DNA of 64,000 nucleotides from an uncultured delta proteobacterium (GTDB lineage: Bacteria; Myxococcota; Myxococcia; SLRQ01): contig CAVSGM010000002.1 in NCBI GenBank assembly GCA_963727485.1, positions 1,632,001 to 1,696,000 of the forward strand, written 5' to 3'. Position numbers and translations under genes: made by a program. The notes under the pieces are model-generated. The model saw only the letters and a list, made by a program, of their open reading frames with translations. It was not told the DNA's origin and ran no database searches. Below, piece by piece: positions 24,610 to 36,199 of the stretch (within the stretch, counting starts at the first letter, position 1; every line of letters begins with the position of its first letter).

Positions 24610-26699
24610 CGCCGCCTCCAGCCCGCCAGGACCCCGAGGATCGCCAGGAGCCAGAGCCCCGGCCCCGCCGCGCCGCCCCCGGCCGCGACACACCCCCCGG
24701 TGCCAGGAGGCGGGGCGGGCCGGGACGCGGGGAGGCCGTGGGGCCCGATCCGGATGGCGCTCGCGTCGATCCCCACGCAGCGCGGGTCGTCGTCGGGCAC
24801 CAGCCGGGCGGTCCCGGCGTCGGCGCAGCGACCCGCCGACATCTCGCCCTGATCATGGGGCACCCGGATCTCCACCGTCCGGAGGGCCGAGCGGTTGCCC
24901 GAGGCGTCCTCGGCCTGGAGCACCACCGAGTAGATCCGGTCCTGGTGGAGGGTGGCGCTGCGCTCGGCGCGGACGCAGAAGGCGGTGGTGCCCTGCTCCA
25001 CGTCCACTGGGGTGTTCCCGGAGCCGCCCCCGTTCGCCGGCTGGTCGCTGGTGACCGAGACCACCCGGACCTGCGGGTGGGGGTCGCAGGCGTCGTCCAC
25101 CGTGACCCGGAGGTCCCGGCCGAGCTCGTAGAGCGCCATGGCGTGGTTCGGCGGCCAGAGGCAGGGGGGTGAGACCTGGACGTCGGTGATGACCGGCGCC
25201 GTGGTGTCCGTGACCGTGACCCGGGTGCGGCCCACGCTGGTGGCCAGGTGGGAGTCGGTGGCGGTGAACAGGTAGCCGGTGGTGCCCAGGGGCGCCAGGG
25301 TCTGCACGGTCGTTCCTCGGCCCACCAGGGTGTCGGGGGTGAGCGCCCCGTTGTGCCACCAGGCGGTGGACACCAGGTCGTCGTCGGGATCGGTGGAGCC
25401 GCTGGCGTCGAGGGTCACGTGGGCGCCCCCCGGCTCGGTGCACTCGAGGGTCTGGTCGGGGCCGGTGACCGCCTCGGGGGGCTGATTGGCGATGGTGCCC
25501 TGGAGGGTGAGGCTCCCGCGGCTTCCGTCCCCGAGGTCGAGGTTCAGGCCACCCGGGAGCGAGAAGGTCCGGTGGGCGTAGTCGAGGCGCAGGCGCACCG
25601 GCGACTGGTTGTGGGTCGTGACCTTGAACTGGTTCCCGTCGCGCTGGCCGTCGGCGACGATCTCCAGGCGGCCGGCGGGGATGAGCGCCGTCCCGTCCGG
25701 CTGCAGCCCGACCGTCCGCCCGTCGGTGCCGGCCACCACGGACATCGCCGTGAGCTTGGCGTTGCCGAGGCAGATCCCGGACAGACATCCGAAGTGGAAG
25801 GTGACGTCGTCCGGGTGGGCGACGAGGCCGAGGCGAACGGAGCAGGTGCCGCCGGGGCACGGCTTGCCATAGAGGGTGAGGGTGCCGTGGACCGCCGAGG
25901 TCTCGGTGTCGGAGAAGCCCACGCAGGCGGGACCCAGGCACCCCTGGACCTTCGCCTTCACCGTGACCTGGGAGTGGCCAGCGTCGACGCGCAGCCGCGT
26001 GGGGGTCGCCAGGGCAAAGGAGAGCAGCCCCGTGCGCACCGTGGGGGGATCGGAGACCACGTCCAGGGGCTGGCAGACGCCGGTGGTGGTCTGGCCGCAG
26101 CCGGTGGTGTCGGTGCAGGAGCAGGCGGTGGTGTCGACGCCACCATCGGATTCGATGAACTGGTCGAGGTGGCAGTTGACGGTCCCGGCGTCCGGATCGG
26201 TGACGCAGGGGATGTCGTCGCAGCGCTTGTCGCACTGTGGGTTCATGGCCACCGCGGCACCGCTGCTGTCGATGGCCACCGGCTCGCAGGTGAGGTCGAA
26301 GTGCCCGCAGGCGTTGTCGCCGGACACCTTGCCCAGGAACGCCTCGAGGGCCTGGGTCGCCCGCTGCTCGCAGAAGGTCTTGATGCCCTGCTCGAAGTCA
26401 TGCTGGCTGATGCCCGGGGCGTCGAGGGCGGTGTTGAGGTCCGCGGGGACGCACATGTCCAGGTTGAAGCTTCGGGGGTTGGGCGAGCACAGGTCCGGGG
26501 GGATCCCGTGGCTGCCGGCGAAGCTGCAGGAGAGGCTGTCCCAGGCGAGCTGGCACCCGCACCGGACCTCATGGTCGGCGGTGGTGCCCCCGGCGGGCAC
26601 GGGATCCACGCTGACACCCGGCGTCCCGCAACCGGAGCAGCCCGGCGCCGTCCAGAGCACGGTGAGCACCACCAGGCCTACGAGCCACAGATGTCTCAT
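24606..26699 (-). CDS. Cys-rich secreted protein with PKD/HYR-like Ig domains and MYXO-CTERM signal
   Basis: Signal peptide; NQPPEA..GPDQTLEC, VTLDASGSTDPD, DTTAP, LWPPNH; C-terminal GGC..G..LWLLAILGVLAGWRRR. Confidence 0.8.
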   Translation of the reverse strand: MRHLWLVGLVVLTVLWTAPGCSGCGTPGVSVDPVPAGGTTADHEVRCGCQLAWDSLSCSFAGSHGIPPDLCSPNPRSFNLDMCVPADLNTALDAPGISQHDFEQGIKTFCEQRATQALEAFLGKVSGDNACGHFDLTCEPVAIDSSGAAVAMNPQCDKRCDDIPCVTDPDAGTVNCHLDQFIESDGGVDTTACSCTDTTGCGQTTTGVCQPLDVVSDPPTVRTGLLSFALATPTRLRVDAGHSQVTVKAKVQGCLGPACVGFSDTETSAVHGTLTLYGKPCPGGTCSVRLGLVAHPDDVTFHFGCLSGICLGNAKLTAMSVVAGTDGRTVGLQPDGTALIPAGRLEIVADGQRDGNQFKVTTHNQSPVRLRLDYAHRTFSLPGGLNLDLGDGSRGSLTLQGTIANQPPEAVTGPDQTLECTEPGGAHVTLDASGSTDPDDDLVSTAWWHNGALTPDTLVGRGTTVQTLAPLGTTGYLFTATDSHLATSVGRTRVTVTDTTAPVITDVQVSPPCLWPPNHAMALYELGRDLRVTVDDACDPHPQVRVVSVTSDQPANGGGSGNTPVDVEQGTTAFCVRAERSATLHQDRIYSVVLQAEDASGNRSALRTVEIRVPHDQGEMSAGRCADAGTARLVPDDDPRCVGIDASAIRIGPHGLPASRPAPPPGTGGCVAAGGGAAGPGLWLLAILGVLAGWRRR

Positions 26700-26713
26700 G
26701 GCCGGTCCCCCTT

Positions 26714-26747
26714 TAACCGGCCCCCCCAAGTAACCGGCCCCCCCAAG
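26714..26747. repeat. 2 x 17-bp direct repeat upstream of the MYXO-CTERM gene
   Basis: taaccggcccccccaag twice in tandem. Confidence 0.75.
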
Positions 26748-26797
26748 CAAAGAAGCCTAGCATATCTACCCGAGGCTCCTCAACGGGCCCCAGGAGA

Positions 26798-27973
26798 TCA
26801 CCGCGGGCGGCGCCACCCGGCGTCGATGTGGTGCACCGTGGCCCCGCGCTCCGGCGTGCTCTCGGCGATGCAGTCGGCCACCCGGCCCCAGGCCTCGGCG
26901 AAGCGCGCCTCGGTGAGGTGCGCGCCCGAGGGGAGCCAGTCGGCGAGGGGATCCCCGAAGGCCTCGCCGAACTGCCCCACGATGTCGAGGTGGTCGGCGA
27001 CCACCTCGTCGAGGAGCTCGCCGTAGAGCTGGGAGAGGGTGGGCACCACCGCGTCGTTGGTGGCCTGGGTGATGGGGAAGGGCAGGCGCCCCTCGAGGCG
27101 GTCGGCCATCTGCGGCGCCGGGCTGGGGTAGGGGTAGTGGCGGTGCTCCCGGCCGGCGAGGGTGTGGAGCAGCGCGTAGATCGCCACCGACGCCGCCTTG
27201 CGCACCCCCAGCACCTCGCCCGCGCGGTGGGCGAAGAGGGGCGGCGCCGCGGTGACCACCGAGCCGTAGCGCACCCCCGGGCGATCGACGACCGCGGCGT
27301 TGTAGAGGTGCATCGACTCCTGGGTGAGCTGGATGATGGCGCCCTGGTCGGCGGCGATCTCCCGGAGGAACTCCCACACCGGGTCCTCGGCCCCGAGGCG
27401 CACCCGGGAGAGCAGGGCCCGGCTCAGGGCGTCGAGGAAGGTGTTGCGCCGGCCGAAGGCGTCGTCGTAGCGCGCCAGCAGCGCCAGCACCTGGCTCGCG
27501 GCCCAGAGGGTGTAGCGGCCCTCGGTGCTGGAGGCGACGATGGTGAGCAGGCGCAACAGGTGCCCGCCCTCCACGGTGGTGAAGAAGCCGGCGAGCGGGG
27601 TGCCGAAGTGGGGCGTGGACACGGTGACCACGCTGCGGGTGCGCGCGCCGATCTCCTCCTCGCGTCCGTCCTCGAGGAGGCGCACCCCGGGGGTGACGAG
27701 GAGCCGCACGTCGAGGCCGCCGGTGGAGTGGCCCACGAAGTGGAGGTGGTCGGCGTCGAGGCCGCCGGTGCCCAGCACCTGCCGGTAGAGGGACACCGCG
27801 CGGGAGCGGATGGAGGCGGTGGGGAGGGTGCGGCACTCCACCAGCTCGGCGTCGACGCCGCGTTGCTGGAGCGACTCGCGGAGGTGATCGGCGACGCCGC
27901 GGAAGTAGTTGAGGGCCCCCAGGGAGGTGAACCCGAAGAAGCCGGGGACGAGGTAGATGCGCGCGTGGGCCAT
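26798..27973 (-). CDS. Alpha/beta hydrolase (lipase/esterase)
   Basis: LVPGFFGF, GHSTGG, STPHFGTP, NDAVVP, ADHLDIVG. Confidence 0.85.
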   Translation of the reverse strand: MAHARIYLVPGFFGFTSLGALNYFRGVADHLRESLQQRGVDAELVECRTLPTASIRSRAVSLYRQVLGTGGLDADHLHFVGHSTGGLDVRLLVTPGVRLLEDGREEEIGARTRSVVTVSTPHFGTPLAGFFTTVEGGHLLRLLTIVASSTEGRYTLWAASQVLALLARYDDAFGRRNTFLDALSRALLSRVRLGAEDPVWEFLREIAADQGAIIQLTQESMHLYNAAVVDRPGVRYGSVVTAAPPLFAHRAGEVLGVRKAASVAIYALLHTLAGREHRHYPYPSPAPQMADRLEGRLPFPITQATNDAVVPTLSQLYGELLDEVVADHLDIVGQFGEAFGDPLADWLPSGAHLTEARFAEAWGRVADCIAESTPERGATVHHIDAGWRRPR

Positions 27974-28150
27974 GCCTTGCGATAGGACAGGGCCGCGCGC
28001 GAATCCAGGGGCGCGGGTTGAAACGCGACGCGATCATCCCTAGCCTCCCCCCACCGCGTACCTTCGAGGCGCTTCGGTGCCTCGGTCGCGCAACCCCTTG
28101 CCTGCGGCCGTGGCCCTCGCCCGAGCGCCCTCCTCAGGACAGGAGTGCCC

Positions 28151-29375
28151 GTGGCCAAGATCGAGAATCGAGCACCTCTACAAGATCTTCGGGAAGAACC
28201 CCGAGAAGGGCCTGGCCCTCGCCCGCGAGGGCAGGACCAAGGCCGAGATCCTCGAGCAGACCGGCTGCGCGGTGGGCGTCAGCGACGCCTCGCTCCAGAT
28301 CGAGGAGGGCGAGTTCGTGGTGGTCATGGGCCTCTCGGGCTCGGGCAAGTCCACCCTGCTGCGCTGCGTGAACCGCCTCATCGAGCCCACCGCGGGCACG
28401 GTGAAGATCGACGGCGTGGATGTCACCTCCCTCGACGACGAGGCGCTCCGGGAGCTGCGGCGCCAGCACTTCGGGATGGTGTTCCAGCGCTTCGCGCTGC
28501 TGCCCCACCGCACGGTGCTCGCCAACACCGAGTACGGCCTCGAGATCCAGGGCATGGAGAAGGCCGAGCGCGAGAAGAAGGCCCGCGAGGCCCTGTCGCT
28601 GGTGGGCCTCGAGGGCTGGGAGCAGAGCTACCCCGGCCAGCTCTCCGGCGGGATGCAGCAGCGCGTGGGCCTCGCCCGGGCGCTGGCGGTGGACCCGGAC
28701 ATCCTCCTCATGGACGAGGCCTTCAGCGCCCTCGACCCGCTCATCCGCCGGGACATGCAGGAGGAGCTGCTCGCCCTCCAGGCCCGGATGCACAAGACCA
28801 TCCTCTTCATCACCCACGACCTCGACGAGGCCCTGCGCCTCGGCGACCGCATCGTGATCATGAAGGACGCCAAGGTGGTGCAGGTCGGCGACCCCGAGGA
28901 GATCCTCACCTCGCCCGCCAACGCCTACGTCGAGCGCTTCGTCGAGGACGTCAACGTCTCCAAGGTGCTCACCGCCTCGGCGGTGATGCACAAGGCCTCC
29001 AACGTCACCTACCCCAAGGACGGTCCCAAGGCGGCGCTCCACACCATGTACGAGGTGGGCATCTCCAGCCTCCTGGTGGTCGACCGGGACCGCAAGCTCC
29101 TGGGCATCGTCACCGCCGAGGACTGCGCCCGCCTCGCCGAGGCCGGCAAGAAGGACCTGATGGAGATCCTCGACCGGGAGGTGCCCCGGGTGACCCCGGA
29201 GACCGGGCTGTCCGACCTCTTCGCCCAGCCCCGGTTCCCGGTGGCGGTGGTCAACGACGAGGGGCGGCTGGTGGGCATCGTCATCCGCGGGGCGCTGCTG
29301 GCGGCGCTGGCCGAGAAGCCGCACGAGCCCGGTGAGCCCCCCGCCCCCCAGGCCGACGAGAGGAGCGCCTCGTGA
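28151..29375 (+). CDS. proV: Glycine betaine/proline ABC transporter ATPase with CBS domains (+1 error near the start)
   Basis: LYKIFG, GLSGSGKST, LSGGMQQR, MDEAFSALDPLIR; GTG after AGGAG. Confidence 0.9.
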
Positions 29376-30220
29376 ACATGCCCCTGCCCGCCCTGCCGCT
29401 GGCCGAGTGGATCGACGCGGTCATCCACTTCCTCACCGTCCATCTCGCCTTCATCACCCGGGCGATCTCCTCGGGCCTGGGGACGGGGGTCAACGCCCTG
29501 GTGTCGGCGCTGACCTGGTTCCCGCCGTGGGTGCTCATCATCGCCCTCGCGGCGCTGGCGTGGTGGCTCGCCGGGAAGTGGATGGGCGTGTTCACGGTCC
29601 TGGGGCTCCTGCTCCTGTGGAACGTGGGCCTGTGGGACGCCACCGTGGCCACCTTGGCCCTGGTGGTGGTCGCCACCCTCATCGCGGTGGTCATCGGCCT
29701 GCCGCTGGGGGTGGCGGCGGCGCTCTTCCCCGGGGTGAAACGCGTGGTGGTCCCGGTCCTCGACTTCATGCAGACCATGCCGGCGTTCGTCTACCTCATC
29801 CCGGCGATCCCCTTCTTCGGCCTGGGGGCGGTCTCGGCGATCTTCTCCACCGTCATCTTCTCCATGCCCCCGGCCATCCGGCTCACCTACCTCGGGATCG
29901 AGCAGGTGCCCGAGGATCTCATCGAGGCGGCCGACGCCTTCGGCTCCTCCAGGCGGCAGAAGCTGTGGAAGATCCAGCTCCCGATCGCCACCCCCACCAT
30001 CATGGCGGGGATCAACCAGACGATCATGCTCTCCCTGTCCATGGTGGTCATCGCCGCCATGATCGGCGCCCGCGGCCTCGGTGAAGAGGTGTGGAAGGCC
30101 ATCCAGCGGGTGGAGGCGGGGAAGGGCTTCGTGGCCGGGCTCGGCGTCGTCATCGTCGCCATCATCCTCGACCGCATCACCCAGAGCATCGGGCGTCGGG
30201 GCCAGAAGGCCCGCGCCTGA
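29372..30220 (+). CDS. proW: Glycine betaine ABC transporter permease
   Basis: LDFMQTMPAFVYLIP, EAADAFG, GINQTIMLSLSMVVIAAMIGA.GLG. Confidence 0.9.
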   Translation: MNMPLPALPLAEWIDAVIHFLTVHLAFITRAISSGLGTGVNALVSALTWFPPWVLIIALAALAWWLAGKWMGVFTVLGLLLLWNVGLWDATVATLALVVVATLIAVVIGLPLGVAAALFPGVKRVVVPVLDFMQTMPAFVYLIPAIPFFGLGAVSAIFSTVIFSMPPAIRLTYLGIEQVPEDLIEAADAFGSSRRQKLWKIQLPIATPTIMAGINQTIMLSLSMVVIAAMIGARGLGEEVWKAIQRVEAGKGFVAGLGVVIVAIILDRITQSIGRRGQKARA

Positions 30221-30245
30221 CCTGACCTGAAGGGAGGCAGCACCG

Positions 30246-31241
30246 ATGAACCATCGCAGCATCCCCATGACCCTCGCCCTGGTGGCGGCCCTCGCCGTCG
30301 CCGGATGCCAGAAGAAGACCGACAACGGCGGTGCGGCGGGTACCACCGCCACCAAGGCGCCGGCGAAGATCGACAAGAGCCAGCCGGTGCGCATCGCCTA
30401 CGTCGAGTGGTCCTCGGCGGTGGCCAGCGCCAACGTGGTCAAGGACGTGCTGGAGTCGAAGCTCGGCTACAAGGTGCGGCTGATCCCGGTGAGCGCCGCC
30501 GCCATGTGGCAGGCGGTGGCCGTGGGCGACGCCGACGCCCTGCTCTCCGCCTGGCTGCCCACCACCCACGCCGCCTACTACAAGCGGTTCCATGACCCAG
30601 GTCGACGACCTGGGCCCGAACCTCACCGGTACCAAGATCGGCCTGGTGGTCCCCGACTACGTCACCATCGACTCCATCACCCAGCTCGAAGCCAACAAGG
30701 CGAAGTTCGACGGGAAGATCATCGGCATCGATCCCGGCGCCGGGATCATGGACAAGACCGAGAAGGCCCTGAAGGCCTACGACCTCAAGGGCTTCAACCT
30801 GGTCTCCGGGTCGGGCGCCACCATGGGCGCGGCCCTCGGCGACGCCATCCAGAACAAGAAGTGGATGGTGGTCACCGGGTGGACGCCCCACTGGATGTTC
30901 GCCCAGTGGAAGCTGAAGTTCCTCCAGGACCCCAAGAAGGTCTACGGCGGGGCCGAGACCATCCACACCGTGGTCAAGCAGGGGCTCGAGGGGACGCGCC
31001 CCGAGCTCTACCGCTTCCTCGACGCCTTCCACTGGACCGTCGACGAGATGAACTCGGTCATCGTCGCCAACCACAAGAAGGACGACCCGAAGGGCAACGC
31101 CAAGGCCTTCGTCGCCGCCCATCCGAAGCTGGTCGACGGCTGGGTCGCCGCCGCCGAGGGCAAGGCGCCCGCGAAGGACGCCGCCGCCGGGAGCACCGGC
31201 ACCCCCGCTGCGGCACCACCGCCGGGGCGGGCGGCAAGTGA
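30246..31241 (+). CDS. proX: Glycine betaine ABC transporter substrate-binding lipoprotein (two compensating frameshifts)
   Basis: Lipobox VAGC; IAYVEW, WLPTTH, IIGIDPGAGIM, VTGWTPHWMF. Confidence 0.85.
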   Translation: MNHRSIPMTLALVAALAVAGCQKKTDNGGAAGTTATKAPAKIDKSQPVRIAYVEWSSAVASANVVKDVLESKLGYKVRLIPVSAAAMWQAVAVGDADALLSAWLPTTHAAYYKRFHDPGRRPGPEPHRYQDRPGGPRLRHHRLHHPARSQQGEVRREDHRHRSRRRDHGQDREGPEGLRPQGLQPGLRVGRHHGRGPRRRHPEQEVDGGHRVDAPLDVRPVEAEVPPGPQEGLRRGRDHPHRGQAGARGDAPRALPLPRRLPLDRRRDELGHRRQPQEGRPEGQRQGLRRRPSEAGRRLGRRRRGQGAREGRRRREHRHPRCGTTAGAGGK

Positions 31242-32699
31242 TGGCCGCGGCACGGAGGGGTGCCGCGCTCATGCTCGTCCTCGCCTTCGCCGCCCCCGGG
31301 GCGGCGCGGGCGGACGAGGATGCCACCGCGACACCGGAGCCGGCCGCGGGCACCACGCCCGCGGCCAAGACCCCCACCGACACGGCGACGGTGAAGAAGG
31401 CGGACGCCAAGGCCACGCCCCAGGCCGCAAGCGACGCGACCGCCGGCAACGCGGCCGCGCCGGCACCGCCGCCGAAGGTGAAGCGGGTCGAGAAGGCCAA
31501 GAAGGCCGTCGAGGCCGACCACCCGGAGCACGGCAAGCACCACGCGTCGCACGTGAAGCACGCGGAGGAGCACGCCAAGAAGGCCAAGAAGGCCAAGAAG
31601 TGGGTCCCGCACCTCAAGGTCGGCGGGACCCTCCGGTGGAACTACTTCGTCAAGAGCTGGGCGGGCCAGGACGCCAACCGGATGAAGCTGGGCGACATCG
31701 CCCTCGACACCTTCCGGGTGAACGTCACCGGCGACTACGGGCCCCTGAAGCTCTCCGGCGAGTACCGGTTCTACGCCGGCTACTCCATGCTCCACCACGG
31801 GTGGATGGGCTACCAGGCGGGGCCGTGGATGTTCACCTTCGGCCTCCAGCGCCAGCCCTTCGGCCTTCTGCCCTACGCTAGCCACAGCTGGTTCTTCGAC
31901 CTCGGCTACTACCTCGGTCTCGAGGACACCTACGCCCTGGGGCTCTCGGCCCACTACCACCAGGGCCACCTCGACGCCTGGATTGGCCGGGTACAAGAAC
32001 AGCGGCGGGAGCTACACCGGCGGCTCGGTGGACTCGGCCCGCTACAGCTACGACCTGGTCCACGCCTCGGCCGCCGAGGTGGCGGGCGACCCGGGGTGGA
32101 TGAACCGCCAGAACCACCTGGTCAACCAGGCCAGCGGCCGGATCGCCTACGACCTGACCTACCCCGACGGCCACACCACCCTGGCGCTCTCCGCCCGCTA
32201 CGGCGGGATCTACGACGCCACCACCCAGGGGATGGGCAGCCAGTACGCGGTCGCCGGGAGCGTCAACGCCCACTTCAAGGGCGGCAACCTGATGCTGGAG
32301 GCGGCGCGGTACGCCTTCATGCCCGACAACCCCGCCGGCGCCGACAACAACTACGTGGTGATGGGCGCCTACGACTACCCCTACCTGGTGGCGTCGTCGG
32401 GCACCTTGCTCATCGCCAACCTCTCGTGGACCTTCCCGGTCCACCTGGGGGTGTGGAAGTCGGTGACCGTGTACAACGACTTCAGCTACCTCTTGAAGGA
32501 CCCGTCGGGCTACCAGCCCAGCGGCGAGAACGACCTCGGCGCGGCGTTCTCGGTGGGGCCCATGTACTGCTACATGGACTTCGCCTTCGGGAAGAACCAC
32601 CCGTGGCTGGGGCCCGAGTACACCTACGCCCTGGCCTCCGGCGATCCGCTGGGCCACTGGGACCTGCGGTTCAACATCAACGTCGCCTGGTACTTCTGA
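31238..32699 (+). CDS. Outer-membrane porin-like protein, frameshift near 31980
   Basis: Signal peptide, Lys/His-rich linker, aromatic-rich strands, C-terminal RFNINVAWYF. Confidence 0.7.
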
Positions 32700-33208
32700 C
32701 TCGCAGGGACCCGTCGGCAGGCCTGATCGAGGTGGTCGAGAGGCCAGCCGACGCTTGCGCACCCCGAGTGGGCTTCGCCCGCCGCGAGGTGGGCTACGGG
32801 GGGCTCGGGGTCTCGGCGCACGGGACCTGGGCCGTGGAACCCTGTGAGGGTCTGGCCTTGCTCTCGCTAGGGTCTGTGAGTTAGGGTTACACCCCTGGGT
32901 CGGTCGCGGGAGGGGCCGTGGACAGGGAACGGGACAGCCCGGTGTGGGCGCCGGGGGGCCTCCCTCGCGGATCTGGCCCCTCGTCCCCGCCGCAGCGTCG
33001 GGCGGATCGCTGGCCGCGGGCGGCACCGGTGGTCGGCCTCGAGCCAGGTGACCGTGTCCGGAATGACAGTGATTACGCGCAAATACAGAGTATTTAGACC
33101 TAAGGATGAACACTCATGTAGGAGACCCAGTATTGGTGGGGGAAATTCTGGGGGCAGAAGTCCTCATCTTGAACCCAGGCAGACCACACAACGCTCGGGA
33201 GCACCGTT

Positions 33209-34582
33209 GTGAACAGGCGCCTATTGCCGATTGCAGCCCTCACACTGTGCCTCGGGACCGCGTATCCCATGTCAGCGCAGGCACAGACCGCGAGCAAAGT
33301 GACCTACAAGATCAACGTCGCGTCCTTTGGGAACGCCTTTGGCGGGGCAGACCCCACCCGCGTCCTCGACTACGCCGGAGAGAGCTGGGTCTCCAAGGCC
33401 GGGGAGCACCGGTGGCCTGTCCCTGGATCCGTCGGTTTCCCTCGCCAACGGTGGCCCCAATGACGTCCAGGCGGTGGCCGAGCACGAGCTGGGTCATGAC
33501 GGATCGCCGAACCACATCGACACCGACGTATGTGTCATGAATACGGACGGGGGGATGACGGCCGACCGATACTTCTGCCGCGATGAGATCAAGGCATATC
33601 GCTCGTTCTTTGGCTACTCGATGCCACCGATGAATGCCCTCACCTCCAGCACCTGGCCGGACCCCGCCGCAGGCTCCTGGAGCGATAGCGCGATGGGGAA
33701 CACCTCTGGCGCTGGCTTCGTTGCGCTTGGTCGAGGCTATACGCCTACCGGTGCCATCGTGAACGAAGTATTCGCGACGGATGAGGCGGGCCCGCTCCGC
33801 AGCTCACCCTATCCGAGCTTCACTTGGGATGGGGTCGGCGAGTCGGGACTGATGCAACCCACGGTGGCCTACGATCCCACTCGCCATCACTGGTGGCTGT
33901 TCTGGAGACCAGACGACGCGACCCTAGAAACAACGTGGAGTACTCGGAGGTCTCCGATCCAAACGGGACCTGGACCGTCCCCCGCGTGGTACAGGGGACT
34001 GGCGGTAGCGACATCATCACCCGCGTGCCTGTGGCCGCCAGCTACGACTACTACTCCGACCGGATCGTGGTGATGTTCGTGGGGTGGGGGAGCTTCAATG
34101 AGACCGGCTCCCTGCACATCGTTTCGATTCCTGCAGGGACCCCAGGCGGAACCTGGTCCAACACCGTCGACTTGACGGGCTGGTCATCCGTCGGCCCGCC
34201 AGCCATTTCCTGCGAAAACACGTCCTATGCCTGCAACTGCCAGGGCCTCAACACCGGAACGGACGCCCAACGGCGTCTATGGGACTTCGGGTTCGCGTTG
34301 AACACCGACGGCAGCCTCTACAAGAGCTGTGGGTATGGCACGTCGGGAGCGGAGACCAACTTTCCGCCATCGATCTCGAGTGGCGGCGTCGGGGGGGTCG
34401 GCTACTTTGTCGAGGCGCATCACGGACTGGATGGACACGTCTACGTTCGAAGCAAGCAGGTCGCCAGTGACAGCTGGGGACCGTGGACATCCATCCTCGG
34501 GTCGACCGGCGCATCCGGCACCCCGGTCCGGGTGAGCGACTACTATGGCAACTACCAGGTGCTGCACGCTCCTGGACCATAG
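33209..34582 (+). CDS. Secreted metzincin-like metalloprotease with C-terminal beta-propeller-like region, at least 2 frameshifts, lower GC
   Basis: Signal peptide; AVAEHELGHDGSPNH then CVMN (Met-turn-like); pieces 33209-33463, 33327-34073, 33824-34582. Confidence 0.5.
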
Positions 34583-34615
34583 GTTCCAGGGACGGAGATG
34601 AAGGGAGAAGATCCC

Positions 34616-35245
34616 ATGAAGAGACAAGGTGCAATTGCCATACTCGCGACGTTGTGTTCCTTCGGCGTGGTGGGATGTCACGCAACGCCGGATGCACTGT
34701 ACAGCAGCAGAGGCGTGGGCCTCTGCGCGCTCTCTCAAAGCGCCGAGGCCGTGGTGTACGGGCAGGTCGTCGGTTGGAGGCCCTCGGCTGTCAGCCCGGC
34801 CGGCCAGGCCGTGACCGTCGTCAACGTACAGGTAACCCGGGTTCTGCGGGGCTCCGTTGCGACGGGCGATCACCAGCTGAAGCTGAACGGGACGTTCGAT
34901 CCCTCCACGGGCACGGTCTCGGTCAACGCCGGCAGCCAGGGACAGATCGAGAGGTCGGTCCTCGAGCAGAATGGGCGCAAGACCGAGGGCTACATTTTCC
35001 TTTCACAGGGAAATCCCTCGGCCATCGAGGGGAGCGGCTACCTTTGGCGTGGGAAGAGCGGCCTGTACTACAGCGATAGCCAGTTCGACAATCTGGACAG
35101 CGGTGTCACGGGGTCGACGATCGTGGCGGCTGACCAGAAGTACTCGGCGATGTCATCCTGTCCGGTGAAGACGGCGCCCGGCTCCGGACCCGATGGGGGT
35201 ACGCCCGGCGGCGACGCCGGCTACCGCGGCCCCTCGGGGGGCTGA
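34616..35245 (+). CDS. Hypothetical lipoprotein, lower GC
   Basis: MKRQ..., lipobox VVGC. Confidence 0.6.
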   Translation: MKRQGAIAILATLCSFGVVGCHATPDALYSSRGVGLCALSQSAEAVVYGQVVGWRPSAVSPAGQAVTVVNVQVTRVLRGSVATGDHQLKLNGTFDPSTGTVSVNAGSQGQIERSVLEQNGRKTEGYIFLSQGNPSAIEGSGYLWRGKSGLYYSDSQFDNLDSGVTGSTIVAADQKYSAMSSCPVKTAPGSGPDGGTPGGDAGYRGPSGG

Positions 35246-35343
35246 GCTTGCCGTCGCCTTGACGACCACCGGAACCTTGGCGGCGTGGCCGCCAGGGTGC
35301 CGGGCTGATCGAGCGCGGAGTCGGCGGTCGACCACCACCCCGC

Positions 35344-36090
35344 CTAGGTCTTGGCCTGGTTCGCCACCTTCTCGGCGGCCTTCTTGGCCGCGTCGGGATC
35401 GCCGAGGTAGCGCGAGCCGAGCCGGGCGAGGTCGTCGTCGAGGTCGTAGGCCAGCGGGATCCCGGTGGGGATGTTGAGGGACGGGATGGCGTCGTCGGAG
35501 ATGCCGTCGAGGTGCTTCACCAGGGCCCGCAGGCTGTTGCCGTGGGCCACCACCAGCACCCGCTTGCCCTCCCGGAGGTCGGCGGCGATGGCGTCGTACC
35601 AGTAGGGGAGCATCCGGGCGACCACGTCCTGGAGGCACTCGGTGGCGGGCAACAGGTCCGGGGCCAGGGTGCGGTACTTGGGGTCGTGGCGGGGGTGGCG
35701 CTCGTCCGAGGTCTCCAGGGCCGGGGGCGGGACGTCGTAGCTGCGCCGCCACTGGAAGACCTGGTCGGCGCCGTGGCGCTCGGCGGTCTCCTTCTTGTTC
35801 AGGCCCTGGAGCGCCCCGTAGTGGCGCTCGTTGAGGCGCCAGTGCCGGCGCACCGGGAGCCAGAGGCGATCCATCTCGCCGAGGGCGAGGTACATGGTGC
35901 GGATCGCCCGCTTGAGCAGCGAGGTGTGGACCACGTCGAAGTCGAAGCCCTCCTCCTTGAGGAGGCGGCCGGCGTTTCCGGCCTCGGCGACCCCGGTGTC
36001 CGAGAGGTCGACGTCGGTCCACCCGGTGAAGCGGTTCTCGAGGTTCCACAGGCTTTCGCCGTGACGAAGGAGGACGAGGTGCTCGCTCAT
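35344..36090 (-). CDS. gpmA: 2,3-bisphosphoglycerate-dependent phosphoglycerate mutase
   Basis: [41 protein letters not shown]. Confidence 0.95.
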   Translation of the reverse strand: MSEHLVLLRHGESLWNLENRFTGWTDVDLSDTGVAEAGNAGRLLKEEGFDFDVVHTSLLKRAIRTMYLALGEMDRLWLPVRRHWRLNERHYGALQGLNKKETAERHGADQVFQWRRSYDVPPPALETSDERHPRHDPKYRTLAPDLLPATECLQDVVARMLPYWYDAIAADLREGKRVLVVAHGNSLRALVKHLDGISDDAIPSLNIPTGIPLAYDLDDDLARLGSRYLGDPDAAKKAAEKVANQAKT

Positions 36091-36199
36091 GGGGCGGAAG
36101 TATGCACACCCGGGCCATGGGGGCAACGCGGGGGGCCGGACGCGCCGGCCCCGGGCCAGGACTTTGACCCGGACCCCGAAGATCCGCTAAGCCGGTCGG

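Noticed and set aside
33054..33067. Fifth WYL site (TGTC-N6-GACA)
   Set aside because: Spacing is 6, not 7, and no matching -10 hexamer follows.
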